A DNA stretch of 64,000 nucleotides from Bugula neritina (taxonomy: Eukaryota; Animalia; Bryozoa), in NCBI GenBank assembly GCA_964035545.1, contig OZ037766.1, positions 29,948,640 through 30,012,639 on the forward strand, read 5' to 3'. Of this stretch, positions 26,148 through 40,815 are shown one piece after another (positions within the stretch are counted from its first letter, which is position 1; each line of letters opens with the position of its first letter). The position numbers were made by a program, and so were the translations under genes. The notes below the pieces were generated by a model. The model saw only the letters and a list, made by a program, of their open reading frames with translations, ran no database searches and had not been told where the DNA came from.

Positions 26148-26754
26148 AGTAATAGTTTTAGTTTCTCTTGTAGTGTATAACTGATTTTCAGTACTGATGT
26201 GCTTATCACATCTCAACACTCTCCCTTATATACCAAATCTCAATGTGATTACCAAGTAACTTAGCTACCTGATTGGTTGTTTTTTGTCCAGTAAACCGTA
26301 AATATATTGCAAAACCATCACTAAACATTATTTTTTATATATGACTAAATAAATTATGTCTCTTATACGTATGTAGTTATGACAATTTTCTAGGTCTTGT
26401 TTTTTTAAATTAGCATCAGAAATTATCTTTCAAAAATTGTACATTGCATGAAAGCCCAACAAAAAATTAATTATAATATTTCATTGCATTATATTCTAGT
26501 AAACAACATCTGTTAGATTTATAATTGAGTGTAAAAGACATTGTTAAAATTATTAGCTTAAAATTTCTGCTAATACAAAAGCTAGACTAGACACTGCTTC
26601 TTGCTACTTGAAGAATCTCTGACAGACTCCATTAATGCATTGCTAAGATGTTGATATAGATTTAAGCTGTCATGTCTATAAACTGTTTATTTGAAGGCTT
26701 TATGCTCAATAAAAAGTTTTAATGTAGACTTTGTGTAGAAATATATATATATAT

Positions 26755-27748
26755 TATCAAGAAAAAGAGCAATTTAATTAGATATTATTTTATTGTGCTA
26801 CTAATTACTATTAGTTTCATTCCTCTGCAGCACTCTTCAGGCACAATATTGAATTCAAATTTTACATTAAGAAAATCAACATGCTAAACGTACAATGTAA
26901 AACATAACACAAACATAGCAGTGGCTTTGGTGTTATATAGGTTTGTAAGTGTTTTTAAATATATAAAAAACATAATGTAAAAACACAATTGATAGTAGAT
27001 GAAGTTGTTGTTGGGTGACTATGCTCTGTGGGTATTTGGATATTATTTAATTGCTACAGTACATATAATATAAATACAGAGTCTCTATAGGTTTTATGGT
27101 TGCACAGTAAGAGTTTTTTTGAGTGTCGGCAGGTTGATAAGAGTTCGTTTCGCTTGTTTAGAGTACACATGGTAGGTTTGTATAAAATAAAAAAACATTC
27201 CCACAGGCATAAATTACACCTTTTGGTAATTGTGTTGTATGGTTTTGCTTTCCTCAACATTTTCCAACTTATATTGCGTTTAATGTTTTTGTTAGTTAGT
27301 TGCCAAGTGTATTTGCTAAGTTCTGTTTGATTTGCTTTTTCTTTGTTTTTAAATGATGATTTGTGGTTTGCGTATCTTAGTTTGAACGGTCCTTCACTCA
27401 GGCCAATGTATGTTGCAGGCTCGTTTTCGGTAGTTTCTACAGTTGCTTGGTATATTACTCTGCTCTCCTGACAGTTTTCTTCCAGTGTACAACTTTCTTT
27501 TTCTCTGCAGTTGCAGTTTTTTCTGGGGGTTTTGTTTTGTTGCTTCTGTTTCTCTGTTTTTCTGATATTCTGTTTTTGTGGGCGTCTAAATTATGGTCTG
27601 TTTTATGTTTGGCATGCAGCTGTAGCTAACTTTTATATTGTTTTTGTTGATTATTTTATAGAGTGGATGTTCAGATTTTAAAGAAGTTTTTTTGCAATTT
27701 TTGTGGTTACATATTGGCTGTGTGTTGGATTGTACCAATCTACTTTTT
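26755..27748 (-). mobile_element. 5'-truncated PLE copy
   Basis: Copy of 8836-9829. Confidence 0.85.
26791..26848 (-). ncRNA. Type I hammerhead ribozyme, copy
   Basis: Identical to 8872-8929. Confidence 0.85.
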
Positions 27749-29966
27749 TATATTATATATATGTTCAACCATTCAACCACTGAGCATTATAACCTATGAA
27801 ATCTCAAAATGGTAATAAAGTCTGCTTTGTCCTTTCTTCGACCATAAAAATTAATCTTTTTAACCTAAAAGGTGAACCCTAAGCTTTGCATATACATTTT
27901 ATATTTATTCAAACATATTATACAACGTGCCCATAAATTTTTTGTCAAAATTTCATCTGCTCCTACAAAATAAAAATCGGAGATGCATTTTATGTGGTGG
28001 TGACACATTTAGAACTTTGTTTACCAGATTAATTTGTCTGCAATTTTATTGGCTAATATGTTCTCACAAGGCTAATACTAATTGGCTTGCACAGCAGAGT
28101 TTTATTGATGATGAAGTTTTCCTTAAATTAAGGTGATGCAATCAAATACCAAATAGCTAAACGATCATGATAATGACATGGTATACATAATATTAATGGC
28201 CTGCGAGATATACTTAATATATGCAAATCGTTCATTACACTAAAAACCATTAGAACAGGATTCTACATGGTTTAATGTCAAAAAGTCATGCCATTAATTA
28301 TCTTGTCACTGAGTAATTGTTGACAATAAAACACAAGCTATCTTTTAGCCAATAAAATAGCTGGTTTATATGATATATTGAGTAACAGGTTGCTCAACTA
28401 TAGTGATGATGCATGACAAAAATGAATTTTTTCGTGATGACATCAGTAATATTATGTATATTATAAATTACTAGTGAAAAGCTATAATTTATACTTTCAT
28501 CATTTAGTCTCAGTGCAGCTGCTCTAATTATTGGTATTAATAAAATTATATTGTAAGCACTAAGAGATGACGCATATATATATGCTTCAAATCAGAAAAT
28601 AAAATTCTAATTTTCTTCTCCCATATATAGTACTTAAGGTATTTAGAAATTTTTTTTGAACGGCATCTTTAAAACAATTCATTTTTTCAGTCTAACTTTT
28701 AATAGCCATATCAGCTACTGTGTAATCAATTAGGTGGTAGAATGCGTAGAATCAACTCTCTTGCATTGAAAATAAATATTATATTATAGACCTTCAATTA
28801 ATGCTTTCTTTTAACTTTAACTACAATTAAATTTGTATACATATTCTCCTTATAATACTAAATAATTCAAGTGATCAATAATACCAATGAAGTATTTTGA
28901 TCTTATATTTAATTTTACCAACATTTCATAAAAGCAGCTATTCATTCAACCAGGTACCAACTCAGCTTTTTGCAAGCCACAGGCCACTACTGAGTAGTAT
29001 TTGAGTTAAAAATCAAACAAATTTATATTGCTAAGCGAATCTTACCACGAATCAACATAAATAACTGCATATCTATGTGCATGATGAAGATATAGCACCT
29101 TTGTGTATTATAATATTATCTGTACTTCATACAGTTGAATGAAAAAAAGATTTTCCCAATAAAACACAGATTATTAGAACTTTAGTTTCAATGCTTAGGT
29201 TGAAATATAAAATAATTACAAAATAGAAGATGTGACACAGATGACTACTTTATATTTTTACCACTTGAAGAGTAAGTTATTAACTAGGCAAATTACTCAT
29301 AATCTGGATCATTAAATATGGAACTGATCACTGGGTAAGGACCTATAAATCTGACAATTAATCTCTATAATACGATATGAACGCAGAAGTAGCATACACT
29401 ATTTTTCAACAGCCTGCTATAACTGTAACATATTATCATTACAGGATGTTCCAATTTTACAATTTTACTTTCTTTATTAGTGTGGTATTAAAACTTAAAT
29501 AATGCTGATATAGTGTAAAAATGCAAATATTTCACCAAAAGCTTGACGGGGTGATTTTAATATGTTGACTACAAGTTGCTTACTAAAGTATACTTTCAAC
29601 TTTTACCTTTCACCACTATGTCCCCATAAGTCAAGTAGCTGATACAACTTGCTTGCTGTTTATCTATAATTGATTAGTTTGATGGGCTGAAGAAAAGACA
29701 ATCTGCATATTGTCATTAATTGTAGCTATCTTACAAATCTTATTTTTATTTTAAAGTCATCCTGCTATGACTCACTATAAACACTTATGTTGCAAATTAT
29801 ATTTAGCAATAATTTGGTAATGAAGCTCCTAGAACATCAACCAATCAGATAGCTGAGTTACATGGTAATCGCTTAAAGATTTGGTATATAAGGAGAAGGT
29901 TGAGATTTAATAAACAAATCAGTACTGAATATCAGTTACACTACAAGAGAAACTAGAACTATTACT

Positions 29967-31060
29967 ATGAGGAAGAGCATAGCCTGTGGTCTACTATTGG
30001 CAGCAGTTTTTGCTGTCTCTGTTGATCTGAGTGATGCAACTTGTGGACGTAAGTAAAATATGGACTTATCAAATCCTAATTTCAGAGTTGAAAATATTAA
30101 TTAAATGCTTATCATCAATTACTATATTATAGTATATACAAAGTATTAGCTAATATTTATGCATATAAGCTAACTTTAATGAGTTTCTAAGCGTTTGAGC
30201 AATAAATTGTCGTATTAAAACAAATGATAGTTTTTAAGTCCAATAAAAACATTTGTTTGAGTTTGAAAAGTTAATGAGACAGTAGAACTGTATTAAAAAC
30301 TAAACATTTGTAATCTACAAAAAATTTCTTTCATATTTAATAAAAAAATTATCCCTATCCTAAATGACATGATATTTAATGTTTAAAAAGTTTAGTTTAA
30401 TCCCGAGTATTTTTTCAGATGGAGTAAACTGCCCCAGTGGGTATCTCCACAATCCACATTCTAGCACCTGCTACAAAATTGTTACATTGTCAAAGAACTG
30501 GGATAATGCCAAAGCCTACTGTGAAGGAAATGGAGACAGACTTGCTGTGTTTGACAGTACTGACTCTATTTCTTGGGCTAAACACATGAGAAAAACTCAC
30601 TCAGGTAAATTACTATAATATAACTTTCAAAATATATTATGATAAAACGTTTGCTTTTTTGAGTGCACATTTATATTGAAATATAGCTCCCCTATCATAG
30701 TTCGAGCAAAAATGGTTTATATTATTGCAATGAAATAAAAGTAATACTCCGATATTTTTGTTTAAGAAAAAAAGATCATTGGCTAGAGCTAATATAGAAA
30801 ATATTTTTACCCTATTTTATGCAGCATGGAAAGGGCATATCAACAAATACATTTGGATTGGCGGAAGAAACTATCATGGTGTCTGGCAATGGGATGGGAA
30901 ACTCAAGAAAGACATAGTTGTAGAGGACTGGTACCCCCAACGCCCCAACAATTTAGGAGGTCCTCAAGACTGTCTCGGTCTATTTGCTGATAGTAATGAC
31001 CTCAAGTGGGATGATGGAACCTGCACTTCTGCGGAATATTTTATGTGTGAAAAATATTAA
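29967..31060 (+). CDS. C-type lectin paralog A, unit 4
   Basis: Copy of 3049-4142 at offset +26918. Confidence 0.95.
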
Positions 31061-31411
31061 CTAATAGAATAATTCAAACACTCTTTCTGTTTGTCACATC
31101 ACAATAGCATGTATGTACTTTCAATAATGATCGAAGTTTTCTTTTGACAAGTGATAAATTTTTGCATTGTTTTAAAAATAAATATATTCATGCAGAGTAT
31201 ATTCAGCTAATTGTGTCTTTACAAAACTAAAGTTATATCAGATACATTTTGCATTAACGGAAAGCAAATAATTATAATTCATTATAGTTGATCTTACCTT
31301 TAAAAAGAATTTTCAAAACTTAAAATTCAATTCTTTAAGCATTTTTGAATGTTAATACCTTTACATATCTTTATAAACATTAATAAAATAACCTTTGAAT
31401 TATTGTAAAAA

Positions 31412-31538
31412 GGGAGCAGCCATGGTCTAGGGGTTAGAGCGTTTGCCTAGTAAACATGAAGTCATGGGTTCGAGCCCTGACAAAGGCCATTGGTAATGTT
31501 AGGAAAAGCACATAGTCATAATTGTTCCCGTGCCTCAT
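31412..31538 (+). mobile_element. tRNA-derived SINE-like remnant, unit 4
   Basis: Copy of 4494-4620. Confidence 0.7.
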
Positions 31539-31673
31539 TTAAATAAGTCCTTAGCTCCTTTTAACAAAAACCCTTTCTATCACAGATTTCTCACAGGGAT
31601 AGCAACGATAAACTTGCGTGAGTTGTTTTTGTTGAATCATTTTAAGAATTTATATTATAAGAATTATATATAC

Positions 31674-31811
<138 letters not shown>

Positions 31812-33859
31812 TGTATGTATATATATGGCTATCACGGCTAGCACCATCGCAGCAAGCATATGCATCGTGCCATAATGTATGGAGAGGGAGACTGAGGAGT
31901 TGTCCTTTCGATAATAATACTACAAAATCTCTACATCATAATTATTTTCTCTGATCTAGTTAAAACCTCTTAGATACAGGGTATTGAAAATTTAGTTTGC
32001 TCGTTTCAGCCATGAAAATTTTTTTAAAACTCTCATAACTGCATTTTGTAAATTTGACAATTGCAAATTTGCAGTGTATATTTAAAAACTAAAAACCTTG
32101 TGAACCGATAACTTAGTGTTTAGATGCATGTTCATAAGTGTTATAATGGCACATAGAGTTCACTTCTTATTAGCTATAATTAGTAGTTATATAATGATTT
32201 CTATGTGAATCATGCATTTCCTTCTTATTGTCATAGTCAGCATCTATATATAATGCTTGTGTATATATAGTTATTGCTTATAAACGGTTAGTAATAGTTG
32301 CTATAATAGATTCCAAAGTGCTATTGCCATCTTATATTCATAGTAGTTGTACCAAATAAATCAACATGTAATACATTACAAGTCAGCACCATCTTGTCAC
32401 ACACAATCACACATACCATTATACCAATAAGCTAGCTTAGTTTGTATACTTGTAGAATTCCAGTGCCTTTAAATGCTATTGACTAAAACTTTTAAACTTC
32501 TATCATTACTAATCCAGTTGCATACCATTGACAAAAAAAGACATGAACTAAATAAGTAGTTCATTGAACAATATTAAACTTTTAAATTCTATCTTCATTT
32601 GTGCTTTGATGCAAAGCACTGAACTTACGAAACTTATTCAACAGGTGGTTAATGGAATTTCATTTTTTTTTAACTTTTTGTGATGCTGTTAAACAAATTA
32701 TAGTCGTTTTCTATTCAATTACAACCTTATCTAATAAAGCATCTACAGAATTGCACTACTATAGGAAACCATGCAGGCTGATATACGTTTTGGATAATTT
32801 GCATTCAATTTGTTCATTAAACTATCAATTTAGTAATCTGATATGCTCATTTGCTACTCACCCAACGCTGTCAGAGCTGACCAAATTATGTTAGAATTTG
32901 CTGTTATGCTAGTTGAGCAAGGCAGAGAGAAGCAATGGCAACAATATCAACAAAAAAATCAGGCTTGTCACTTTTGGGAATAAAAAGTTATAAAGCTGTT
33001 TATAATAAAATCTTAAAGAATTTACAAGAGTCAAGTGAAAACAGTTTTTGACTTGCTGCTTCAACATGTAGGTTCTGCAAATGCTAAAAACACAATGGCT
33101 GAATACTTATTTTATTTCTCGTCTATTAAAGTAAAAATTACAAATCTAAGTCAATAAGTTTTCTCATAAATTTACTGGCTCATACCCCCATGACCGTTGT
33201 GACCCAGTTACCCCTACACACCATGTGCAGCAAATTAAGACTGAAAATTGAAACTAGTTTTAAGTCATTATAAAATTTTACCAGGCCGTGGTATTTTCTA
33301 GTGATTGTTATAAATATGTAAAGGAAAAAAGGCTGAGAGGGAAACATGCAATGATGAAGTGCATTCAACTGTCATATATATACTGCGTGGTAATTTGTAT
33401 GTGTTTGAGGCTCATGATGAAAAACCATCATGGATTCATATATCCCAATTTGCAAAAAGCTTAAGAGAAAACATAAAAAGCCCAACAAAATTAGAAAAAG
33501 TTTAATTATTTATTTATGTTGTATTTTTTAGCATTTTATTAGTTTAGGGCAAACACATTCTGTATATTAGCAGCTAAATTGCAAAAAATAGCCAAAAAAC
33601 AGAGAGATCGAGTGTGCACTAAAGAAAGTAAAATGGCCCTGATTGAGTTCTACATATGGTTTATGATGTTCGATTCAAACGCATGCAAACATGCTTTATT
33701 GTGCATGACAGCATATTAACATATAATAAACGTATTTATCTCCTTTGCAATATCTAGCCAGTTGTGATTGTTTAGGCTACTCTATATATGATACTTATTT
33801 AAATATTGTTCTACAGCAGATTTTAGTTTTTTTAATATATATATATATATATATATACA

Positions 33860-33930
<71 letters not shown>

Positions 33931-34053
33931 ATATACCAAGTAATTGGTTGTAGAAAAATGCTTGAAACAAACAAAAAGTTCCAAAAGCAAAGAAAAATAA
34001 ATAAAAAACAAAAATTATAATTTTTGAAGCCTTTTAATATAGTATATTTATAC

Positions 34054-35139
34054 TTAATATTTTTCACACATAAAATAATGCGCAGCAGTGCAGGTTCCAT
34101 CATCCCATTGAAGATTCTGATTGTTAGCAAATAGACCGAGACAGTCTTGAGGGCCTCCCGCATTGTTGGGACGTTGAGGGTACCAATCCTCTACAACTAT
34201 GTCTTTCTCGAGTTTCCCATCCCATTGCCAGACCCCTTGATAGTTTCTTCCGCCAATCCAGATGTATTTGTTGATATGCCCTTTCCATGCTGCATATAAG
34301 ATAAGATAAAATATAGATGTATTTCACTAGCAGCTTTGTGCAATCCTAAATGCAAGACTATAATATTATTGTTATTTTGCTGATGTTATTTGCCATAATC
34401 TAGACTAAAGCTCGTTTCAAGAAGCATAATATATATAACTATTCCAATATGATTGTGCACTCAAATCCACAATATATCTTTAAAAATTATGAGAATTCAC
34501 CTGAGTGAGTTTTCCTCATATGTTTAGCCCAGGATATAGAGTCAGTACTATCAAACACAGCCAGTCTGTCTCCATTTCCTTCACAGTAGGCTTTGGCATC
34601 ATTCCATTTCTTTGACAACGTAACAATTTTGTAGCAGGTGCTAGAATGTGGATTGTAGATATAGCCACTGGGGCAGTTTACTCCATCTGAAAAAAATATA
34701 TATTTAGAATGAGCCAAAAATTTTAAACTCAAAATATCAAGTCATGTAAGATACAAGTATTATCTTTTATGTGTGACAACATTTTGTGTCAATTATAACA
34801 AGCGTTTGATGATTTTTGCAATAGTCAAAAACCATTAATAATTAATACAACTATTGCTTTTTTAATTTTCCACATTTCTGCTAATCCGTTCATTAAAATT
34901 GTAAAAAAATAATTAGTTCTAATACGTTTATTTATTTCAAGAGCAATGCAAGAACTTATTAAATTTGGTAAATTCTCAACAGTTTAGTTTTACATCTATT
35001 AACATTTTATTTGCAATTCTAAACTTGAACCCTATATAAGAACTTTGCTTTACTTACGTCCACATGTTGCATCACTCAGATCAAAACAGACAGCAATAAT
35101 TGCTGCCAATAGTAGACCACAGGCTATGCTCTTCTTCAT
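34054..35139 (-). CDS. C-type lectin paralog B, unit 4
   Basis: Copy of 7143-8228 at offset +26911. Confidence 0.95.
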
Positions 35140-35746
35140 AGTAATAGTTTTAGTTTCTCTTGTAGTGTATAACTGATTTTCAGTACTGATGTGCTTATCA
35201 CATCTCAACACTCTCCCTTATATACCAAATCTCAATGTGATTACCAAGTAACTTAGCTACCTGATTGGTTGTTTTTTGTCCAGTAAACCGTAAATATATT
35301 GCAAAACCATCACTAAACATTATTTTTTATATATGACTAAATAAATTATGTCTCTTATACGTATGTAGTTATGACAATTTTCTAGGTCTTGTTTTTTTAA
35401 ATTAGCATCAGAAATTATCTTTCAAAAATTGTACATTGCATGAAAGCCCAACAAAAAATTAATTATAATATTTCATTGCATTATATTCTAGTAAACAACA
35501 TCTGTTAGATTTATAATTGAGTGTAAAAGACATTGTTAAAATTATTAGCTTAAAATTTCTGCTAATACAAAAGCTAGACTAGACACTGCTTCTTGCTACT
35601 TGAAGAATCTCTGACAGACTCCATTAATGCATTGCTAAGATGTTGATATAGATTTAAGCTGTCATGTCTATAAACTGTTTATTTGAAGGCTTTATGCTCA
35701 ATAAAAAGTTTTAATGTAGACTTTGTGTAGAAATATATATATATAT

Positions 35747-36740
35747 TATCAAGAAAAAGAGCAATTTAATTAGATATTATTTTATTGTGCTACTAATTAC
35801 TATTAGTTTCATTCCTCTGCAGCACTCTTCAGGCACAATATTGAATTCAAATTTTACATTAAGAAAATCAACATGCTAAACGTACAATGTAAAACATAAC
35901 ACAAACATAGCAGTGGCTTTGGTGTTATATAGGTTTGTAAGTGTTTTTAAATATATAAAAAACATAATGTAAAAACACAATTGATAGTAGATGAAGTTGT
36001 TGTTGGGTGACTATGCTCTGTGGGTATTTGGATATTATTTAATTGCTACAGTACATATAATATAAATACAGAGTCTCTATAGGTTTTATGGTTGCACAGT
36101 AAGAGTTTTTTTGAGTGTCGGCAGGTTGATAAGAGTTCGTTTCGCTTGTTTAGAGTACACATGGTAGGTTTGTATAAAATAAAAAAACATTCCCACAGGC
36201 ATAAATTACACCTTTTGGTAATTGTGTTGTATGGTTTTGCTTTCCTCAACATTTTCCAACTTATATTGCGTTTAATGTTTTTGTTAGTTAGTTGCCAAGT
36301 GTATTTGCTAAGTTCTGTTTGATTTGCTTTTTCTTTGTTTTTAAATGATGATTTGTGGTTTGCGTATCTTAGTTTGAACGGTCCTTCACTCAGGCCAATG
36401 TATGTTGCAGGCTCGTTTTCGGTAGTTTCTACAGTTGCTTGGTATATTACTCTGCTCTCCTGACAGTTTTCTTCCAGTGTACAACTTTCTTTTTCTCTGC
36501 AGTTGCAGTTTTTTCTGGGGGTTTTGTTTTGTTGCTTCTGTTTCTCTGTTTTTCTGATATTCTGTTTTTGTGGGCGTCTAAATTATGGTCTGTTTTATGT
36601 TTGGCATGCAGCTGTAGCTAACTTTTATATTGTTTTTGTTGATTATTTTATAGAGTGGATGTTCAGATTTTAAAGAAGTTTTTTTGCAATTTTTGTGGTT
36701 ACATATTGGCTGTGTGTTGGATTGTACCAATCTACTTTTT
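35747..36740 (-). mobile_element. 5'-truncated PLE copy
   Basis: Copy of 8836-9829. Confidence 0.85.
35783..35840 (-). ncRNA. Type I hammerhead ribozyme, copy
   Basis: Identical to 8872-8929. Confidence 0.85.
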
Positions 36741-37290
36741 TATATTATATATATGTTCAACCATTCAACCACTGAGCATTATAACCTATGAAATCTCAAA
36801 ATGGTAATAAAGTCTGCTTTGTCCTTTCTTCGACCATAAAAATTAATCTTTTTAACCTAAAAGGTGAACCCTAAGCTTTGCATATACATTTTATATTTAT
36901 TCAAACATATTATACAACGTGCCCATAAATTTTTTGTCAAAATTTCATCTGCTCCTACAAAATAAAAATCGGAGATGCATTTTATGTGGTGGTGACACAT
37001 TTAGAACTTTGTTTACCAGATTAATTTGTCTGCAATTTTATTGGCTAATATGTTCTCACAAGGCTAATACTAATTGGCTTGCACAGCAGAGTTTTATTGA
37101 TGATGAAGTTTTCCTTAAATTAAGGTGATGCAATCAAATACCAAATAGCTAAACGATCATGATAATGACATGGTATACATAATATTAATGGCCTGCGAGA
37201 TATACTTAATATATGCAAATCGTTCATTACACTAAAAACCATTAGAACAGGATTCTACATGGTTTAATGTCAAAAAGTCATGCCATTAAT

Positions 37291-37422
37291 TATCTTGTCA
37301 CTGAGTAATTGTTGACAATAAAACACAAGCTATCTTTTAGCCAATAAAATAGCTGGTATCTTGTCACTGAGTAATTGTTGACAATAAAACACAAGCTATC
37401 TTTTAGCCAATAAAATAGCTGG
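37291..37422. repeat. 66-bp perfect tandem duplication unique to unit 5
   Basis: TATCTTGTCACTGAG...AAAATAGCTGG occurs at 37291-37356 and again at 37357-37422. It is single-copy in the other units (e.g. 1381-1446). Confidence 0.95.
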
Positions 37423-39024
37423 TTTATATGATATATTGAGTAACAGGTTGCTCAACTATAGTGATGATGCATGACAAAAATGAATTTTTTCGTGATGACA
37501 TCAGTAATATTATGTATATTATAAATTACTAGTGAAAAGCTATAATTTATACTTTCATCATTTAGTCTCAGTGCAGCTGCTCTAATTATTGGTATTAATA
37601 AAATTATATTGTAAGCACTAAGAGATGACGCATATATATATGCTTCAAATCAGAAAATAAAATTCTAATTTTCTTCTCCCATATATAGTACTTAAGGTAT
37701 TTAGAAATTTTTTTTGAACGGCATCTTTAAAACAATTCATTTTTTCAGTCTAACTTTTAATAGCCATATCAGCTACTGTGTAATCAATTAGGTGGTAGAA
37801 TGCGTAGAATCAACTCTCTTGCATTGAAAATAAATATTATATTATAGACCTTCAATTAATGCTTTCTTTTAACTTTAACTACAATTAAATTTGTATACAT
37901 ATTCTCCTTATAATACTAAATAATTCAAGTGATCAATAATACCAATGAAGTATTTTGATCTTATATTTAATTTTACCAACATTTCATAAAAGCAGCTATT
38001 CATTCAACCAGGTACCAACTCAGCTTTTTGCAAGCCACAGGCCACTACTGAGTAGTATTTGAGTTAAAAATCAAACAAATTTATATTGCTAAGCGAATCT
38101 TACCACGAATCAACATAAATAACTGCATATCTATGTGCATGATGAAGATATAGCACCTTTGTGTATTATAATATTATCTGTACTTCATACAGTTGAATGA
38201 AAAAAAGATTTTCCCAATAAAACACAGATTATTAGAACTTTAGTTTCAATGCTTAGGTTGAAATATAAAATAATTACAAAATAGAAGATGTGACACAGAT
38301 GACTACTTTATATTTTTACCACTTGAAGAGTAAGTTATTAACTAGGCAAATTACTCATAATCTGGATCATTAAATATGGAACTGATCACTGGGTAAGGAC
38401 CTATAAATCTGACAATTAATCTCTATAATACGATATGAACGCAGAAGTAGCATACACTATTTTTCAACAGCCTGCTATAACTGTAACATATTATCATTAC
38501 AGGATGTTCCAATTTTACAATTTTACTTTCTTTATTAGTGTGGTATTAAAACTTAAATAATGCTGATATAGTGTAAAAATGCAAATATTTCACCAAAAGC
38601 TTGACGGGGTGATTTTAATATGTTGACTACAAGTTGCTTACTAAAGTATACTTTCAACTTTTACCTTTCACCACTATGTCCCCATAAGTCAAGTAGCTGA
38701 TACAACTTGCTTGCTGTTTATCTATAATTGATTAGTTTGATGGGCTGAAGAAAAGACAATCTGCATATTGTCATTAATTGTAGCTATCTTACAAATCTTA
38801 TTTTTATTTTAAAGTCATCCTGCTATGACTCACTATAAACACTTATGTTGCAAATTATATTTAGCAATAATTTGGTAATGAAGCTCCTAGAACATCAACC
38901 AATCAGATAGCTGAGTTACATGGTAATCGCTTAAAGATTTGGTATATAAGGAGAAGGTTGAGATTTAATAAACAAATCAGTACTGAATATCAGTTACACT
39001 ACAAGAGAAACTAGAACTATTACT

Positions 39025-40118
39025 ATGAGGAAGAGCATAGCCTGTGGTCTACTATTGGCAGCAGTTTTTGCTGTCTCTGTTGATCTGAGTGATGCAACTT
39101 GTGGACGTAAGTAAAATATGGACTTATCAAATCCTAATTTCAGAGTTGAAAATATTAATTAAATGCTTATCATCAATTACTATATTATAGTATATACAAA
39201 GTATTAGCTAATATTTATGCATATAAGCTAACTTTAATGAGTTTCTAAGCGTTTGAGCAATAAATTGTCGTATTAAAACAAATGATAGTTTTTAAGTCCA
39301 ATAAAAACATTTGTTTGAGTTTGAAAAGTTAATGAGACAGTAGAACTGTATTAAAAACTAAACATTTGTAATCTACAAAAAATTTCTTTCATATTTAATA
39401 AAAAAATTATCCCTATCCTAAATGACATGATATTTAATGTTTAAAAAGTTTAGTTTAATCCCGAGTATTTTTTCAGATGGAGTAAACTGCCCCAGTGGGT
39501 ATCTCCACAATCCACATTCTAGCACCTGCTACAAAATTGTTACATTGTCAAAGAACTGGGATAATGCCAAAGCCTACTGTGAAGGAAATGGAGACAGACT
39601 TGCTGTGTTTGACAGTACTGACTCTATTTCTTGGGCTAAACACATGAGAAAAACTCACTCAGGTAAATTACTATAATATAACTTTCAAAATATATTATGA
39701 TAAAACGTTTGCTTTTTTGAGTGCACATTTATATTGAAATATAGCTCCCCTATCATAGTTCGAGCAAAAATGGTTTATATTATTGCAATGAAATAAAAGT
39801 AATACTCCGATATTTTTGTTTAAGAAAAAAAGATCATTGGCTAGAGCTAATATAGAAAATATTTTTACCCTATTTTATGCAGCATGGAAAGGGCATATCA
39901 ACAAATACATTTGGATTGGCGGAAGAAACTATCATGGTGTCTGGCAATGGGATGGGAAACTCAAGAAAGACATAGTTGTAGAGGACTGGTACCCCCAACG
40001 CCCCAACAATTTAGGAGGTCCTCAAGACTGTCTCGGTCTATTTGCTGATAGTAATGACCTCAAGTGGGATGATGGAACCTGCACTTCTGCGGAATATTTT
40101 ATGTGTGAAAAATATTAA
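39025..40118 (+). CDS. C-type lectin paralog A, unit 5
   Basis: Copy of 3049-4142 at offset +35976, which includes the upstream 66-bp duplication. Confidence 0.95.
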
Positions 40119-40469
40119 CTAATAGAATAATTCAAACACTCTTTCTGTTTGTCACATCACAATAGCATGTATGTACTTTCAATAATGATCGAAGTTTTCT
40201 TTTGACAAGTGATAAATTTTTGCATTGTTTTAAAAATAAATATATTCATGCAGAGTATATTCAGCTAATTGTGTCTTTACAAAACTAAAGTTATATCAGA
40301 TACATTTTGCATTAACGGAAAGCAAATAATTATAATTCATTATAGTTGATCTTACCTTTAAAAAGAATTTTCAAAACTTAAAATTCAATTCTTTAAGCAT
40401 TTTTGAATGTTAATACCTTTACATATCTTTATAAACATTAATAAAATAACCTTTGAATTATTGTAAAAA

Positions 40470-40596
40470 GGGAGCAGCCATGGTCTAGGGGTTAGAGCGT
40501 TTGCCTAGTAAACATGAAGTCATGGGTTCGAGCCCTGACAAAGGCCATTGGTAATGTTAGGAAAAGCACATAGTCATAATTGTTCCCGTGCCTCAT
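40470..40596 (+). mobile_element. tRNA-derived SINE-like remnant, unit 5
   Basis: Copy of 4494-4620. Confidence 0.7.
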
Positions 40597-40731
40597 TTAA
40601 ATAAGTCCTTAGCTCCTTTTAACAAAAACCCTTTCTATCACAGATTTCTCACAGGGATAGCAACGATAAACTTGCGTGAGTTGTTTTTGTTGAATCATTT
40701 TAAGAATTTATATTATAAGAATTATATATAC

Positions 40732-40815
<84 letters not shown>

